Source of the DNA: Callorhinchus milii
Lineage: Eukaryota
Assembly: GCF_018977255.1 (NCBI RefSeq)
Contig: NW_024704743.1
Span: 101,806,001-101,870,000 of the forward strand
Length of the DNA stretch: 64,000 bases
Reading direction: 5' to 3'
Shown here: positions 11,368 to 24,849 of the stretch, in pieces
Layout: each line of letters opens with the position of its first letter
Numbering within the stretch: position 1 is the first letter of the stretch
Translations under genes and position numbers: made by a program
Notes under the pieces: generated by a model
The model's database searches: none
Seen by the model: only the letters and a program-made list of their open reading frames with translations
What the model was told of the DNA's origin: nothing

Positions 11368-12054
11368 TCTACTAACTGAACTGCAATCTTTTTGTCATGT
11401 CCTCTGCTTTTTTATGTTCTTATTGGAAAATCTGAATTCAAAAGAGCCACTCAAAGGCTTTAAGTACTAGATTGAGATGTTGTGTGTTTGTCCTGTCATG
11501 CTCTGATTTTTGATTGTCAGTTGATTTGTTTGCTGAGAAATACTGGTTGTTTTCTACATGTGCAACACTATTCTGGAGAATGTTAATAAATAAAATTACA
11601 TCAGTAGAAGTGACACAAAGTTTACTAGAAGAGGGCAAAATAATACTTCGATTGTTTTGTGTGAGATAAAGGCTGGATGCCCTTTGGTGCCATGAATAGG
11701 GGATGTAAAGACATTGTTGCTTTAGTAAAGATGCCTTCAGCAGATCAATAGCTGGGCCATTTGTTTTCCACGTGACTTGCACTGTATGTTGGTCAGCAGA
11801 ACAAAATATTTTATTTGTTATAAGTGAGCTCACTCACATGGTACCTTGGTATCAAAGTGCTGTTAATAAGTTGGGGTACTGCTGGGGCTTAATCAGCTAC
11901 AACTGCATAACTTGCCATTAAGATCTCTGAGACACTATCCTGCATGGAAGGCCCAATATAAGTGCACGTTGTTGTTGCACCCCCCACTAAGTAACTTGTT
12001 GTTGGTGCATATCTGGTAAATTAAGTTTTGTGATGTGTTTATTTTTCCCTCCCC

Positions 12055-12287
12055 ACATTTAAAGCCCATGGTCCGTTCGTCTCACTTCCTCCTTTGCCTC
12101 CTTCAAGGCTGGTCTCAAGACCCTTCTTTTCGATCGTGCCTTTGGTCACCCTCCCACCTCTCTGCCTTCCCTCACCCCTACACCACCCTCCCCCATGCTC
12201 GAATCTGTCACTCGACTGTTCAGCGCTTTGGGACGTCCTCCCGACATGAAAGGCGCTCTATAAATGTAATTTTGTTGTTGTTGTTGC
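12055..12287 (+). mobile_element. L2 LINE 3' end
   Basis: ccttcaaggctggtctcaagacc...cagcgctttgggacgtcctcccgacatgaaaggcgc...(ttg)n. Confidence 0.85.
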
Positions 12288-12534
12288 TATTTACCAACAC
12301 CCTGGAAGGTTTTCATTTGGAGTATTGCACTTAAAACAATTCACACGTAGTGACACATTCTGCTTACCTTCAGTAAGATTCACACTGTAAGAGAGCAACA
12401 TTGCTGTTGACTGATCTTTATGTTTTACTTTATCCTACCATAGTGGAAACACATAAGAATATAAAATATTAATCCCTACAGTAGAGTGTGGTGATTGTAT
12501 AGTTTTGGAAGCATAAATACATAGCCAGACAATT

Positions 12535-12740
12535 TGGACAGGCCACAAACAGCCATGAAGTGAATTATCCATGTTATCTGAGGGTTGTTGATGCTGGGAG
12601 AAACTCCCTTTTTTCAAATAATGCCTTGGGATCTTTAACGTCCATCAGAGTAGGAAGAGTAATCGTTTTTAATGTATCATCTGAAGATCTGCACCTCCAA
12701 TTCTGTAGCACTGCCATAGCACAGCACTGGAATGTGAACA
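12535..12740 (-). mobile_element. Older Deu SINE fragment
   Basis: ccacaaacagccatgaagtgaat...gagaaactccc...gatctttaacgtcca. Confidence 0.72.
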
Positions 12741-13091
12741 TGATACCATAACTAATAACTAATAAAATAGCAATGTAAGAAAAATTATTCAGGACTTTTA
12801 GTTTGGTGTATCAGATAAGTCCATGTACAAAATCAATTCACCACATCTACTCAGAAGGAAACTGTACTCTGGATTACAGAATGATTGATGACACAGTGTT
12901 CATCCATTATGTCAGTTATAAATCACTTGTCACAGTCTTCGAGATGCAATTGGGAAAATGACCAGAAAGTGCAGTGACAAGTTAAAGAAAAATGTTTTGA
13001 TGTGATTAATTAGAAAATCTTACAAATTTCCCTGGAGTAAAACTTGACAGGATGTATGACGACGGCACTTGGCAACTTGGTAGCAATATAT

Positions 13092-13475
13092 ATAATAATA
13101 ATAATGCTTGCATTTCATATCGTGCTCCATCATGTCTTCGAGACATCTCAAAAAGCTTCACAGAATATACCCAATAGTGAACTGGCTGTATATTTTGTGG
13201 GCGAAACGTGGCAGCCAATTGCACAAAGCAGTGTGTCACAAACAGTTGTGGATTGAGTGACAAAATTATAATTATTTATTTATTTGTTTTATTTTTTGAA
13301 GGTATTATTATCCCTGGAAAAGCAATCTACCAATCAAACAACAATCAGGTACTGCTAGGTAAACAGAGGAGTGTGGAGTAAGGAAACTTGCCTAATGTTT
13401 CGCCCTGCCCGGGTATCGAACCCGGGTCCTCTTGCTTGTGAGGCAAGTACTCTAACCTCTACCCCACAGGACTCC
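13092..13475 (-). mobile_element. Full-length tRNA-headed SINE, long subfamily
   Basis: (aat)n tail through to head caggactcc. Confidence 0.9.
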
Positions 13476-16337
13476 ACTGGCAGTCGGTTCAAGTTTTAAA
13501 GTTTAACTGACCGAAGGTGAAGCAATAGTTGTACTTTTTAACTTAGAGACAAACTCAACAAATCCAGCAGGAGTCTTGCTGCTATCGTCCTGATGTGAAA
13601 GGTAATATATAAGTAAAAAGGATATTGTATGGCAGCACTGACACATTAAACCAGTGAGCTGCCTCACTTGTTGTTGAAAGTTAACCAATATATTGGTTTC
13701 AATTTAGATAACTAAAACAAGTAACAGTGTTTTTAAATCTACATTAGTCATGAAAATGTGTTTAGTGATTTTACTAGTTATGCATATTAGATACAGATTA
13801 AATGGCACTGATTCACAATACAATTTACATAGAATCTTTCATTTCGGGAGGCCTTCTCGAATTGCTATACAGCTGACGAGACACCCAAGCTTGTGTATGG
13901 GGGGAAGAAGCGGATTTAAAGGTGTATTAGTGTTAAATATTGTATTGTATCAAAAGAAAAATCATGTACCAAATGGTGATGATTAGAGGTTTTGCAAACA
14001 CATTACTGTCTTTTATGATCAAGACAGTGAATTCAATTGGCCACGATATTAGACTCATTTGAAAGGGAGCTTGCTGCCTTGATGAGAGGACAATCTTCCT
14101 CAAAACCAATCTTGTGATCTTGTGAAACTGAGCTCACATTCTTCTATTTCCTATTGAAACAAGAATCCATTTCTCTTTTCAAATGAAACTCACATTCATT
14201 GCATAAAGTGGCGGTCCATTCCAAAAGACAACCATTCCATGTCTGACCCAGATACTCTTTAGGTAAGTGATTGATTTAGTGTCATGAGTAGCACCATTGA
14301 TAATGTCGGAATATAATGGGAAATCCTATTTGTGTCTGACATTGCCAATGCTGACATACTTAATACTGAATGCTTTACACATTCCATTTAACTGCATATT
14401 TCTTTACCTAGTTTCATGTGCTGAATATTAATTTTTAAAATGATATATTGCCCACCAGTAATATCCCATGGATTGTCTATTGCGTTTGGGTTAGTACATA
14501 ACATAAGCGTTGTTGAAGTTATGCAAATAATGACTTATCAGTAACAGCTGTTGATTGCCTTTGACTCTGTCAGGTTTAGAGGGAAGCTCGGAGCAATGAG
14601 AGAGGATCAAAGACTTATTTCACGTAGGACGGATGATATTTGGATCAGATTATGAATATCATCAATTTGTTTTAGAGAATTTTTAAATAAGATCTAGATC
14701 ATAGAATTGTAAAGTCTTTGCTGCATGTTTTGCTCTCTGATCTTTTTATGAACGTTTCTGGCTTTCAGAGTTTTCAATTAGCCATAATGCATATCGCACA
14801 AATTAAGCAGCTTTAAATATTCACAACCAGAAGCTACAATGCAAGGCATCATGCACTGTTTGAAAATACCACAAATGATACTGCATAGAATCTCATTGTC
14901 CTGCTCACTGCATCCTCAGAACTGTTGGCTGTTTGTGGGACCTTGCTGTGTGTAAATTGGCTGATGTGTTCGTCGGCAAAAAAATACACAATCACAACAC
15001 TCCACAGCAAACCCTATGAAGCACTTTGAGACATCTTATTGACGTGGTGTAATATTAAATGCAAGGATCATTATTATTTTTAATCCTAAATAAGATTTAA
15101 ATTTCACAGTTCCCAAAGCACTGAAGTGCCATAATTGTATTTTAAAGTGCCTGTTTTGATGCTGCAGTAACAATTCTACGTAGATTTATGGATGATAGAA
15201 ATACAATAGAATATTGCCTACCTCAGTGGAAAGATAAGAGGGCCACAATCGCAAAGTGTCACACAAAGTCACATCACGTACTTGATTGATCCTGTTGGAG
15301 TTGTTCACTCCATAGCTGATTCACTGATGCCATAATTGTTTAATTTCTTCTATCATAATTATGTAGATTACAATGACAATGATAAATGAAATATAATAAT
15401 CCTGTGACAGTGAACGACTGTTTTTTTTTCCTGGAAGGATTTGTCACTGGCAGTTTCTTCAACGCTTGGATAGCTTAAAGACAGAGTTTAGGGTACACAA
15501 ATGAATGTTATTTATGGCTAGATAAAATTCCTGTAATAACTGTATTGCAAAGTTCTTCCAGGTATCGAAAAAAAGAAAGGTATGAAAAACATTTAGTTAT
15601 TTCTTATTTGATCATCTTACGTAGATATTGTTAGTGGTAGAATATAAATGTCACAAGCCAGAGGGAACATTCACAGTAACACAGGACTATGAGGCCAGCT
15701 ATTACCGCTCAGCTTGCCTGAAAGGAAATTAATAATTTGGGTGGTGAACCTTCAGCACAATTTGTGCAGTTTGGCTGGAGAAGCACCATTAATGGCTTGA
15801 GGAGGGCAACAGCAATAATTTCCTTTCATGCCGAGAGGAAATGTCAAAGCCTTTTACACAGCTGATTGAGCTTACAAGGTGTGAGGGGAAAGGTGGAGCT
15901 GAGGAGGGTGGTAGTGGTGATGGGGAAAAGGCAGATGACTGAAATATGTTTGAAGAGATAGGATTTATGTCGGCAAGATAGATGTTAGGGGGTGACCCAG
16001 AAAACAAAGGCGTTAAAATAAGAGATTTAAAAAAACACACTAACTACATAAAGAGGCAGCCAATTGAGTGATTTGTAGATTTTGAAATGCTGGGAGGAGG
16101 TGATGAGTGTCTCTATTCGACTCAAAGCTAATCCAAGAGAGTCCATGTCATGCCCATTTACGTAAGGTAAAAGGTAAGTGAGATGCCATTGAGAAAATCT
16201 GTGAAAGTTGTCTGATCAACAATTCTCCAAAGAAAATTCACAATTAAACACTGATTTCATTTTCAAACATCACATTTTAGACTCCACTGTTAATAACTCA
16301 TCAATTACCTTTTGTTGTACATAGTTTCAAATGTTAG

Positions 16338-17100
16338 ATAATAATAATAATTATAATAACAGCACTTGCATTTCATATAGCACCTTATCAGGTTTTCAAG
16401 ACATCTAAAAACATTTCCCAGGATTCACTGTAAATTGCAGGCACTGTCATTTATAGACGAATGCTGCAACCAATTTGTGTACAGCAATGTCCTATAAAGA
16501 GCCAGGAAATGAATGATCAATTTTATCTGGGGGATTGTTGGCCAGGACACTGAGAGAAACTCCCTTCACTTTTTGAAATAGAGGTGTAGGATCTTTAATG
16601 TCCAACTGTCTTTGATTTAATGTCTCATCTGAAGGAAGGCAATGCAGTGTTCCCCAGCACTGTATTGGAATGTTTTACTCCAATACTTATATTTATGTGA
16701 CAGATATTTATATGAGGAGACCTCGGAACCAGCAACAACAACTACAACAACTTGCATTTATTATTATTTATTATTGCCCTTCACCCGAGAGGTGTTTCGG
16801 AGCACCTAATGAGACCATGAGAGATGAGAAGATGAATATTAATAATAATAATTCTTGAATTTTATAAAATGCTTTATCATGTTGAAATATCTCAAAATGC
16901 ATTATAAAGTTTTCTTAAAAGTGTAGTGACTGTGTATTTGTAGGCAATGCCCTTCAAAAGCAATAAAGTACTTTTTTGAAATCTGAAGGATTTTTTGCCA
17001 TGACCCCAGGAGAAACTCCCTGCTCTTTTTGAATAGAGTCTTTGGGAGATTTAATGTCCACCTGAACAGGAAGAGAGGACCTTATTTTAACATTTAATCA
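16338..17100 (-). mobile_element. Two tandem older Deu SINE copies with an L2 tail remnant between them
   Basis: Copies at ~16338-16670 and ~16840-17100, both with ggagaaactccc/aatgtcca motifs. Confidence 0.72.
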
Positions 17101-19099
17101 AATATTGTGTGTTCACTCTCACTGGGAGTGGACCTAATGGGTCTCTGAGCTTGTGTTTGGCTCCTTCCTTTCTGTATAACTCTGCCTTTGTTGATTCCAC
17201 TTTCCCTTCTCAATCCTCTAAAGCAGTTTCCCAATGGCTATGTTGAGGATGAGTTCCTGTTTGTGATAACCTCACGGCCAGTCCACACCAGAGACTGCTT
17301 TTAGAATGAGTGACTTAAAAGGTTCATTTACCAATGGTCCAACTTGTTTTAATAAATTGAACCAATGGGTTGCAGTAAAAAGGATTAGAAATATTGCTAC
17401 AAAAAGGACGTTATCTGTTTCAAAACACTCCAGTATGAATACAGTGGTGGGATATAGTGGTAAGGTGGGTGTTCTAGAAGGCTGAGATCAGATAAATCAA
17501 AGAGCCTTCATCATCTGAACCAATCTTGTGATCCTGTGAAGTGCTTTCCAATTTTCTCTTTTGGATACAGGTTGCCTGCAGCACATTTCGGGCATTCTCA
17601 TTTCAGACGTCCAGCACCATGCATTTTCTGTTTCTATGTCTAACAGTAGAAACATGTAGAGTTCTGCACTCTATGGAAAGTACATACTCATATCGCAGTA
17701 TGTGAGATGTTACGGTATTCCTATCTTGTTTAACTTGTCAGCATTCATTAGGGTTTTCTAAGTGTGTTCTCATGTGGAATTGCACAGTATGTACTTTGAT
17801 GAAGAATGAATGAACAGATTTTGTAAATCACTTTGGATTATTGTCATGATTTTTGTCTGTTTAGAATGACTGGGGGTAAACTTGTGCTTTTTAACCCACA
17901 ATGTAATAATTTTGCTGTGTGATAAGTATCGCCAGGGCAGAATTTATGATAGTTTTGTGCTTTGACATAAGCAAACGCTTGGTGCAGACACTCCTGTGAT
18001 GCAGAACGATTTTGCCCCGTGCTTGGCTTTCAGGTCTACGTCATCTTGGTTAAAAAGAAGTAACAACATTTTTAATTCTATCTGATACGACAGCTTTTAC
18101 CTTGATTTTTTATGCCTAATAATAATTTTTCAGACATTTTTAGCAAAGTCCCTCAACCAACAATGTGATGGTTAGCCAATTAATTTGGAGCAGCTTCATG
18201 CTGTTATGGTGAGTCGGTTGACTAAGTGTTCTGGAGCAATGAGATCAGATGGTCCAAAGGGTAATCCAAACCAATCTTGTGTCGGTTTGTTGGCAAGGAT
18301 ATTGAGATACACTTATTGATTAGTGCCATGGGATCTTTAATGCTCACCTGAACAGGCAGACAGGATCATGGTTTAACTGCTCACCTGATGGATAGTATAT
18401 CCGACAATGCAATGCTCTTGCACTGAAATCAATCTAAACAATGAACTGAAAGTCCTAACTTGGGACTTAATCCCACAGTTTAATGCCCCAGAAGTGAATG
18501 TGCAACCAACTGACCAAATTGACACACAAGAATTTTTAAAAGATATAAAAAGCCTGATGCTGTGATCAGAAGATGATACAGTGATTATTATTACAAAACA
18601 ACAACACATTTATATTTATTGATCATGGGGATGTCTAAAAGTAACTCACAGGATTTACTGTAAAGTCTGCTCTTTTTCTGCCAAATATATTCGAATACTC
18701 CATTATATTAATCATGTTTAGTCATGTAATAGTGCCAGGTTGTAGCCATGTGCAGTGACATTACCAGTGTAATTCTGCAAAATGTGAGAAAATGTTTGCT
18801 GGAACTGAGGTCATTTATTATTTGTGGCACCAAAATAAAATTGATGGATTAAATTCTATATTTTGCAGTTCTCATTTTGTAATGTTTTGCTAATAAAATA
18901 TGCAGTCACTACATTTCACCCTGTGTCCTGTGAAGTACTTCAAGATGCCTCATGATGTGTAAGCTGCTATATCAAATGTTCATATTATTCTATTGCTCTA
19001 GGAAATGTTATGCATTACCCAATAAGATTTTGGTTTTGCTACAGGCAATATTTGACACTATTAGTTTATTCTCTGCATACTCCTCCTAAAGTGGCCTCT

Positions 19100-19510
19100 A
19101 TACAATAATAATAACAACTTTCAAAAGGGGAGAGTGGGGGCAAGGTGGAAGGACTGAGGGAGAGTTTTACAAAGTTTTGGGGTGTAGTGGCTGAAAGCGT
19201 GACCTCCAATGGTGGAGCGGAGGGCATGAGGGACAAGCAGGAGGCTGGTGCCAGTCGAGTGAAGGTGATGGATTGGGGAGTGAGGAGGTTGGAGAGGTAG
19301 GGAAGTGCCAAGGAGTGAATGGATTTGAACACGTGCGAGGAACTTGAAGTCGATCCACTTAGTAATTGGGAGCCAGTGGAGCCTGGCCAGAACTGGTGAG
19401 ATCGGTGTACAGAGTTTTATCCGGGTCAGTATGCAGCCAGCAGAGTTCTGAATGAGCTGGATTTTTTGATGAGTGAAGTTGAGGAGACCAACGTGGAGTG
19501 CATTTGAGTA
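19100..19510 (-). mobile_element. L2 LINE fragment
   Basis: Minus-strand FKSIHSLALPYLSNLL; similar to 10893-11367. Confidence 0.85.
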
Positions 19511-20184
19511 TTTCGAATAATAACTCGAATATGATTTTCAATATGTTTGTCTGTTGTGAAAATTTAGCGGAAATTATCATTATCTTTGGTGATCGCCTTG
19601 GATTCAGAATAATAATCCGTGCATTTGATATCTAGCACCTCATCAAGTCGTCGAGACATCGCAAAGCACTTCATATGCTGTACATATTTTGTGGGAGAAA
19701 ACACATTAGACTCTCACAGTGTTAGTGAAACAAATCCTGCACTCTCTGTAACTTGTCAGCTTTAAAGCTTGCCTGAAGGCTTGTCTCTTCAACTATGCTT
19801 TTGGTCACTTTTCATCCTCATTCTTCTCTATCCCTGCCTGTTCTCCCCCTTCCTGCTCGGGTTCCCAGTCAGTTGTGTAAGCCATATGAGTCGTCCTCTT
19901 GATATGAAAGGTGCTATATACATGTAAATTGTTGTTGTTGTTCGTATTTTTCTTCTGCCATACTTTGGAAGACTTTCAGTGAGTGCCTCTATGATATTGC
20001 TGCTGCACTCATAGGCTGAACCTTCAGTCCATTGTAAGTCTCCTTCCACACCAGTGAGTAATAAACATTCAATAATAATTAAAAATGAATGGTTCAGTAT
20101 GAACTAGTTTAGATTTTTAAGTCAAAACAAGCAAAATTTCTATAGTTGCAATGAACTGTACACCAAGTATCCTGACAAGTCAAT

Positions 20185-20572
20185 TTAAGATCGTAAACGA
20201 GCAAATGAAGCAGTTAGGAGAACTTTTTACATGCACATAGTATGTGATTGCCTTAATGCAGTTGTTGAGGCAAAATCCATATTGGTCTTTAAGAGGGAAC
20301 TACACAAATACCTTAGAAAGAGTCAGCTACAGGGGACGGGGAAAGGGCAGGTATATGTGACTGAAATAATTGCGCTTGAGGGAGCAGCACAGACCAGATG
20401 GGCCGAATGACTGTTTGTGGTACACTGCTGTTTGCAATTGGCTGCTGCGTTTCACCCACAAATTGTACAGTCAATTCACTTTACAGTGTATCCTGTGAAG
20501 TGCCTTGAGACATCTCAAAGACGCGATAAGGTGCTATATCAAATGGAAGCATTATTATTATTATTATTATTA
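20185..20572 (+). mobile_element. Old CR1 3' end fused to a SINE 3' half
   Basis: aggagaactttttac...cagatgggccgaatga then ctgtttgtggtacactgctg...(att)n. Confidence 0.75.
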
Positions 20573-22245
20573 ATGTTTTGTGAGTTCAAAGTCCTAACGT
20601 GGGGCTTGATTCCACAGCCTACTGACTCAGAAGTGAGAATGCTATCAACTGAGCTAGATTGACACATGAAGCTCACTCAGGGTGTGGATAAAAACATGAC
20701 TGGTGTAGAACATCAAAAAAACACAAATGCAGTTCTGGTAATTATTACAAAGAATGCAATATGAAATACCACTAATTGTACCCCTATACTTCTAAGTTTT
20801 TTCTTCTTTATCAAGATGTTCTGGGAAAATTAACAAAGTTTTCCTCAGATCTGTTATTGGAGATTGGGTACTGCTTTTTCGATTTTTCGCTAAATTAGCA
20901 GGAAATTCAGATCCAATTCAAGATCCTCAAACTGACTTTCAAACCCACCACGGTCTCTCCATTCCCTCTCTCTGTGATCTCCTGTGAGAAAAAATAATTA
21001 ATTGGTCTGTCCTGTCCTGTCCTGATCACACCCTCCGTTCAGTGAACGTTGGCCTTCTTCAAGACCCCTGCCAGATCCATTCACTATTAAAAGGCAGGTT
21101 TATAGCCATTAGGCAACCCTGCTCTCTGGAACGTCATCTTGGAGTCCCTTCACCTCCCCCACCCTTACATATCCTACATCCCTACATAAGCTCTTTGAGA
21201 CTTCTCGAAGACGTGAAAAGCGCTATATCAAATGCAAGGATTATTATTACCTTCATGTGAAAGACCCTTTATAAATGTAATATGTTTTAGCGTTAGGGGG
21301 CAGAAAATTTCAACTAAATAAATTATTGTTAATTCAAACAATTAAGTCACGAGGCAGTCTGAACTCCAGCCAGTATTGTGACAGGATCCTGAGAGGTGTG
21401 GATCAAGAAGGTCCTTTGGTCCGTTTGATCTCATTCTTCCAAAACACCCATCCAAACCTCTCCCCTAAGCCCCCCCGCCCACCACCCCCATGTCACACCA
21501 TTGAGCTGTATCTATATAAAGGAACTTTCTTATTTGAAAATCAGCGATCTGATAAACCCCCTTACTCAATCACTTTTATTGCCTCACAGATTGATAATTT
21601 ATGTCACCTTTTCTGTTGCCTTTCCATAGAGCTCATTTTATTTGTGTGGCTGGATGGTCAATGTGTCATGATTCTATTGCGGAGTCGATTCTCTGAGTCC
21701 CTGATGGCCTTTAACTGGTCCTTCAAAGCCTGAAGCACCAACTGCTTCACTGAACAGTGGAAACTGACTGCTGTTACTCAATGCTTATTATGCCACAGTA
21801 AAATGCCAAGAAAGCACTGAAGGAGCTGGCCTAGGACGACTGGGGCAGAACATATTCCAGTGCAATTCAAGTGAAATTATGTGATTTTGACTTTGCAAGT
21901 TGCCAGACTCAGCCTCCAGGTAAACACACTGCTCCTACCAAGACTTAACAATCAAAATTTAACTGAGCTAAGAGACCTCACAGATCTCTCAAAGAATGTT
22001 TTCTCTTTCCGTATAACTGCACAGACCAGCTGCACTTTGTTCCACACCACGCTTGAGCCCTTTCTGATCTGTGATTTTCGAAGGAATCGAAATCCCGGCA
22101 GCATAACACACTATTCTATGGGTTTTAGGCTTATTTCAACCCCTAGTGAGAAAATGTAAGACTGACGATTGCTTGCTTGTGTGCAGTTGTATGAATCCTG
22201 TGAATCACGATTTGAGATGAAAATTATAGAGTTTCATAACAGGTT

Positions 22246-22560
22246 ATAATAATCCTTGTATTTGATATTTAACTTTATAATGTCGTTGAGATGTCTCAGA
22301 ATGTTTCACAGGATTTTGCTGTGAAGTAAGGTGACAGTATATTTGTAGGCAAACACTGGAGCCAATTTGCACGCGGCATTGTTCAACAAACAGCCTTGAA
22401 GTAAAACACTTTGTGACTGTTTGTCGGATATTGCTGCATCCAAATTTACTGCCCGATTCACCTACATATCACACAGTCACTACATTTTAAAGTAAATCCT
22501 ATGAAGTACTTTAAGATGTTTTGATGTTATGGGTGCTTTAATAAATGTAAGGATTAGTAT
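22246..22560. mobile_element. Two SINE 3' halves in inverted, back-to-back arrangement
   Basis: Minus copy 22246-22402 and plus copy 22408-22560. Confidence 0.78.
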
Positions 22561-24214
22561 GTAACGTTTACTTTCACTTTAGGATCAAGAATAGGGATAT
22601 CACATGACTGGTTTGGATGAAGAAAGCCCTTCGGCCCATTTGATTTAATTTTTCCAGAATACTCACCCTGTTGTCCCCCATCACAGCACCAAGCTGCTTT
22701 TTCAATTAATCCACCACCCTGACCAAGCAATCTGTTTGATTCATTAACTACTTACGGCGTAAATAAATAACTCCTGGTATCTGTCCTGAAATCGCCATTT
22801 GCATCCGAACGTAAACTTTAGTAACAGTTAAGCATCATTGTGGAACTGTATCTGCTTCAATGCCATGTTCACAAGTGATGAGAAGTTATTGCTGTAATTA
22901 AAGAGTCATTATTGTCAAAGCAGTTAATAAAATGAAAAGAAACCAATTAAACTCACACACCTAATTGCAAGGTCGTGGAAATGAAAGTTTGTCTTGAAAC
23001 TCAAATGCGCCCACATGCAGAATGAATGGAACTTCTCTGATGAACTTAATGGGTTAAATTATCATTTAAATAACAGACCACAATAAGAAGAATGCAATGT
23101 GGATTTAGAAGCAACATATCCCCACTGTTAAAGTCTACTTCGAGATTTACCTCTTTGTCAATGATTTCAGTCATCTTTCCCCACCCTCATCCATTTCCAC
23201 TACTATCCTCCAGCTCGAGTGGAGAATGGAAGTGGAAATGCCATTCTGCCACTCTACCCTCACCCTCTGGAACTCAATCCCACAGTTCCTCTGTCTCATC
23301 CCCTCCCTTGCCTCCTTCAAGATCCATTTCAAGCCCTTCCTGTGTAAAGCACTTTGAGACATCCTCCAGCTGCATTTTATAATTGTATAACTGCTGTGGG
23401 CCATTCGCACTGTTCAGAGGCATCGGCCCAAACTAATGATAGGTTTGCGTGGTTGAGGGCATACCTAATTGTATTGTGAGATCAGTGGATTCCCTTATGT
23501 GCTGCATGATAAGCAAAACAAACAGCAGCATGTCTCACATACAACAAACTCCAGCAGGTCATTACAGTATAATGAAAGCAGGTCAAGCCTACAATGTCAG
23601 GAAATTTTCTTCCAAGACAAGTTCAGCATGGGAGGGGGGGGGGGTTGAGAAGGTGAGGTTAGGAAATTCATGCGAAACTCACTTGAGTAGAATAACTGCA
23701 GAATGCCAATTCACAGCTTAGTGGTGTCATGCGGAAATACCCCTTGAAGCTAATTCTTTCATCAATGCTGAAGTGTGCAGAAAGCTTCTGTTTGTATCAA
23801 GGTGGTCATCTTGGTTCCCCCAGGCTCACCACCTGAGACAAATTTCCTCCTAAACAAATAATAATAATAGAAATAATCATTGCGTTTGATACAGGGCCTT
23901 TCGTGGCAAGAGGATGTCTCAAAGCATTTCACAGGATTTACTGTAAAGTGCAGTGACTGTGTATTTTGTAGGCGAACAGTCTGGATGACAGTTAAAATGC
24001 CTGCAACTTTATGTGGTGTACAAACATCATCCTTAGTAGGGGACACTCCCATAAAAAACATACTTCTTAACTACACTAAAGCACCTCAAGTTAAGCTTTT
24101 ACCTACTGATTAATTTTCTCAGCAAGAAAATCCCATCCACTTTGCCATGTGTCACTGCCATTGTAAACAAATGCCGAATACAACTGTCCCAATAAAAGTG
24201 CACAATGTCAACCC

Positions 24215-24712
24215 ACGTGAATTTGCTGGAATTCTTTGCAAAGTAACTAAGCTAGTAGTTGATGAGGGATATCCAATAGTTGTAGCTTACCAGAATTTTC
24301 AGTAAGTGTTTGGTAAAGATCCAGATATGAGATTTCAAAGGTTAAAATTCATGGAATAAGTGGTAAATTAACCAGTTGGATTGAAAACTGGCTCAGCAAT
24401 AAGAAGCAGAAGGTAATAATAATCTTTCCAAAACAAAAAACAATAATAAATTGGTCATTTTCAATCCACGACTGTTTGTGGGACACTGCTGTACGCAATT
24501 GGCTGTTGCGTTTCACCCACAAATATACGGTCAATTCACTTTACAGCATATTCTGTGAAGCACTTTGAGACGTCGAGAAGACGTGAAAAGTGGTATATCA
24601 AATGCAAGGATTATTATAATATTATTATAATGATAAGTGTAAAATAGCTTTGTTTGGGAGAAGTGACAAAGAAATTTCCGCAAGATTTTGTTCTGGGTCC
24701 TTTGCTGTTCAC
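24215..24712 (+). mobile_element. Old CR1 RT-domain fragment interrupted by a SINE 3' half (~24420-24630)
   Basis: NLLEFF...VDEG...KVKIHGISGKLTSWIENWLSNKKQKV, then after the SINE PQDFVLGPLLFT (consensus PQGSVLGPLLF). Confidence 0.8.
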
Positions 24713-24849
24713 AAAATGGGTAAAAAATACGGTTTTTGATGCAATAATTTTTATCAATGCTATAATATCATGTGCTGTAAAATGCATTTTGTAGGCGAAC
24801 AGTCTGGATGACAATTGACTGCAACTTTATGTGGTGTACAAATATCTCC

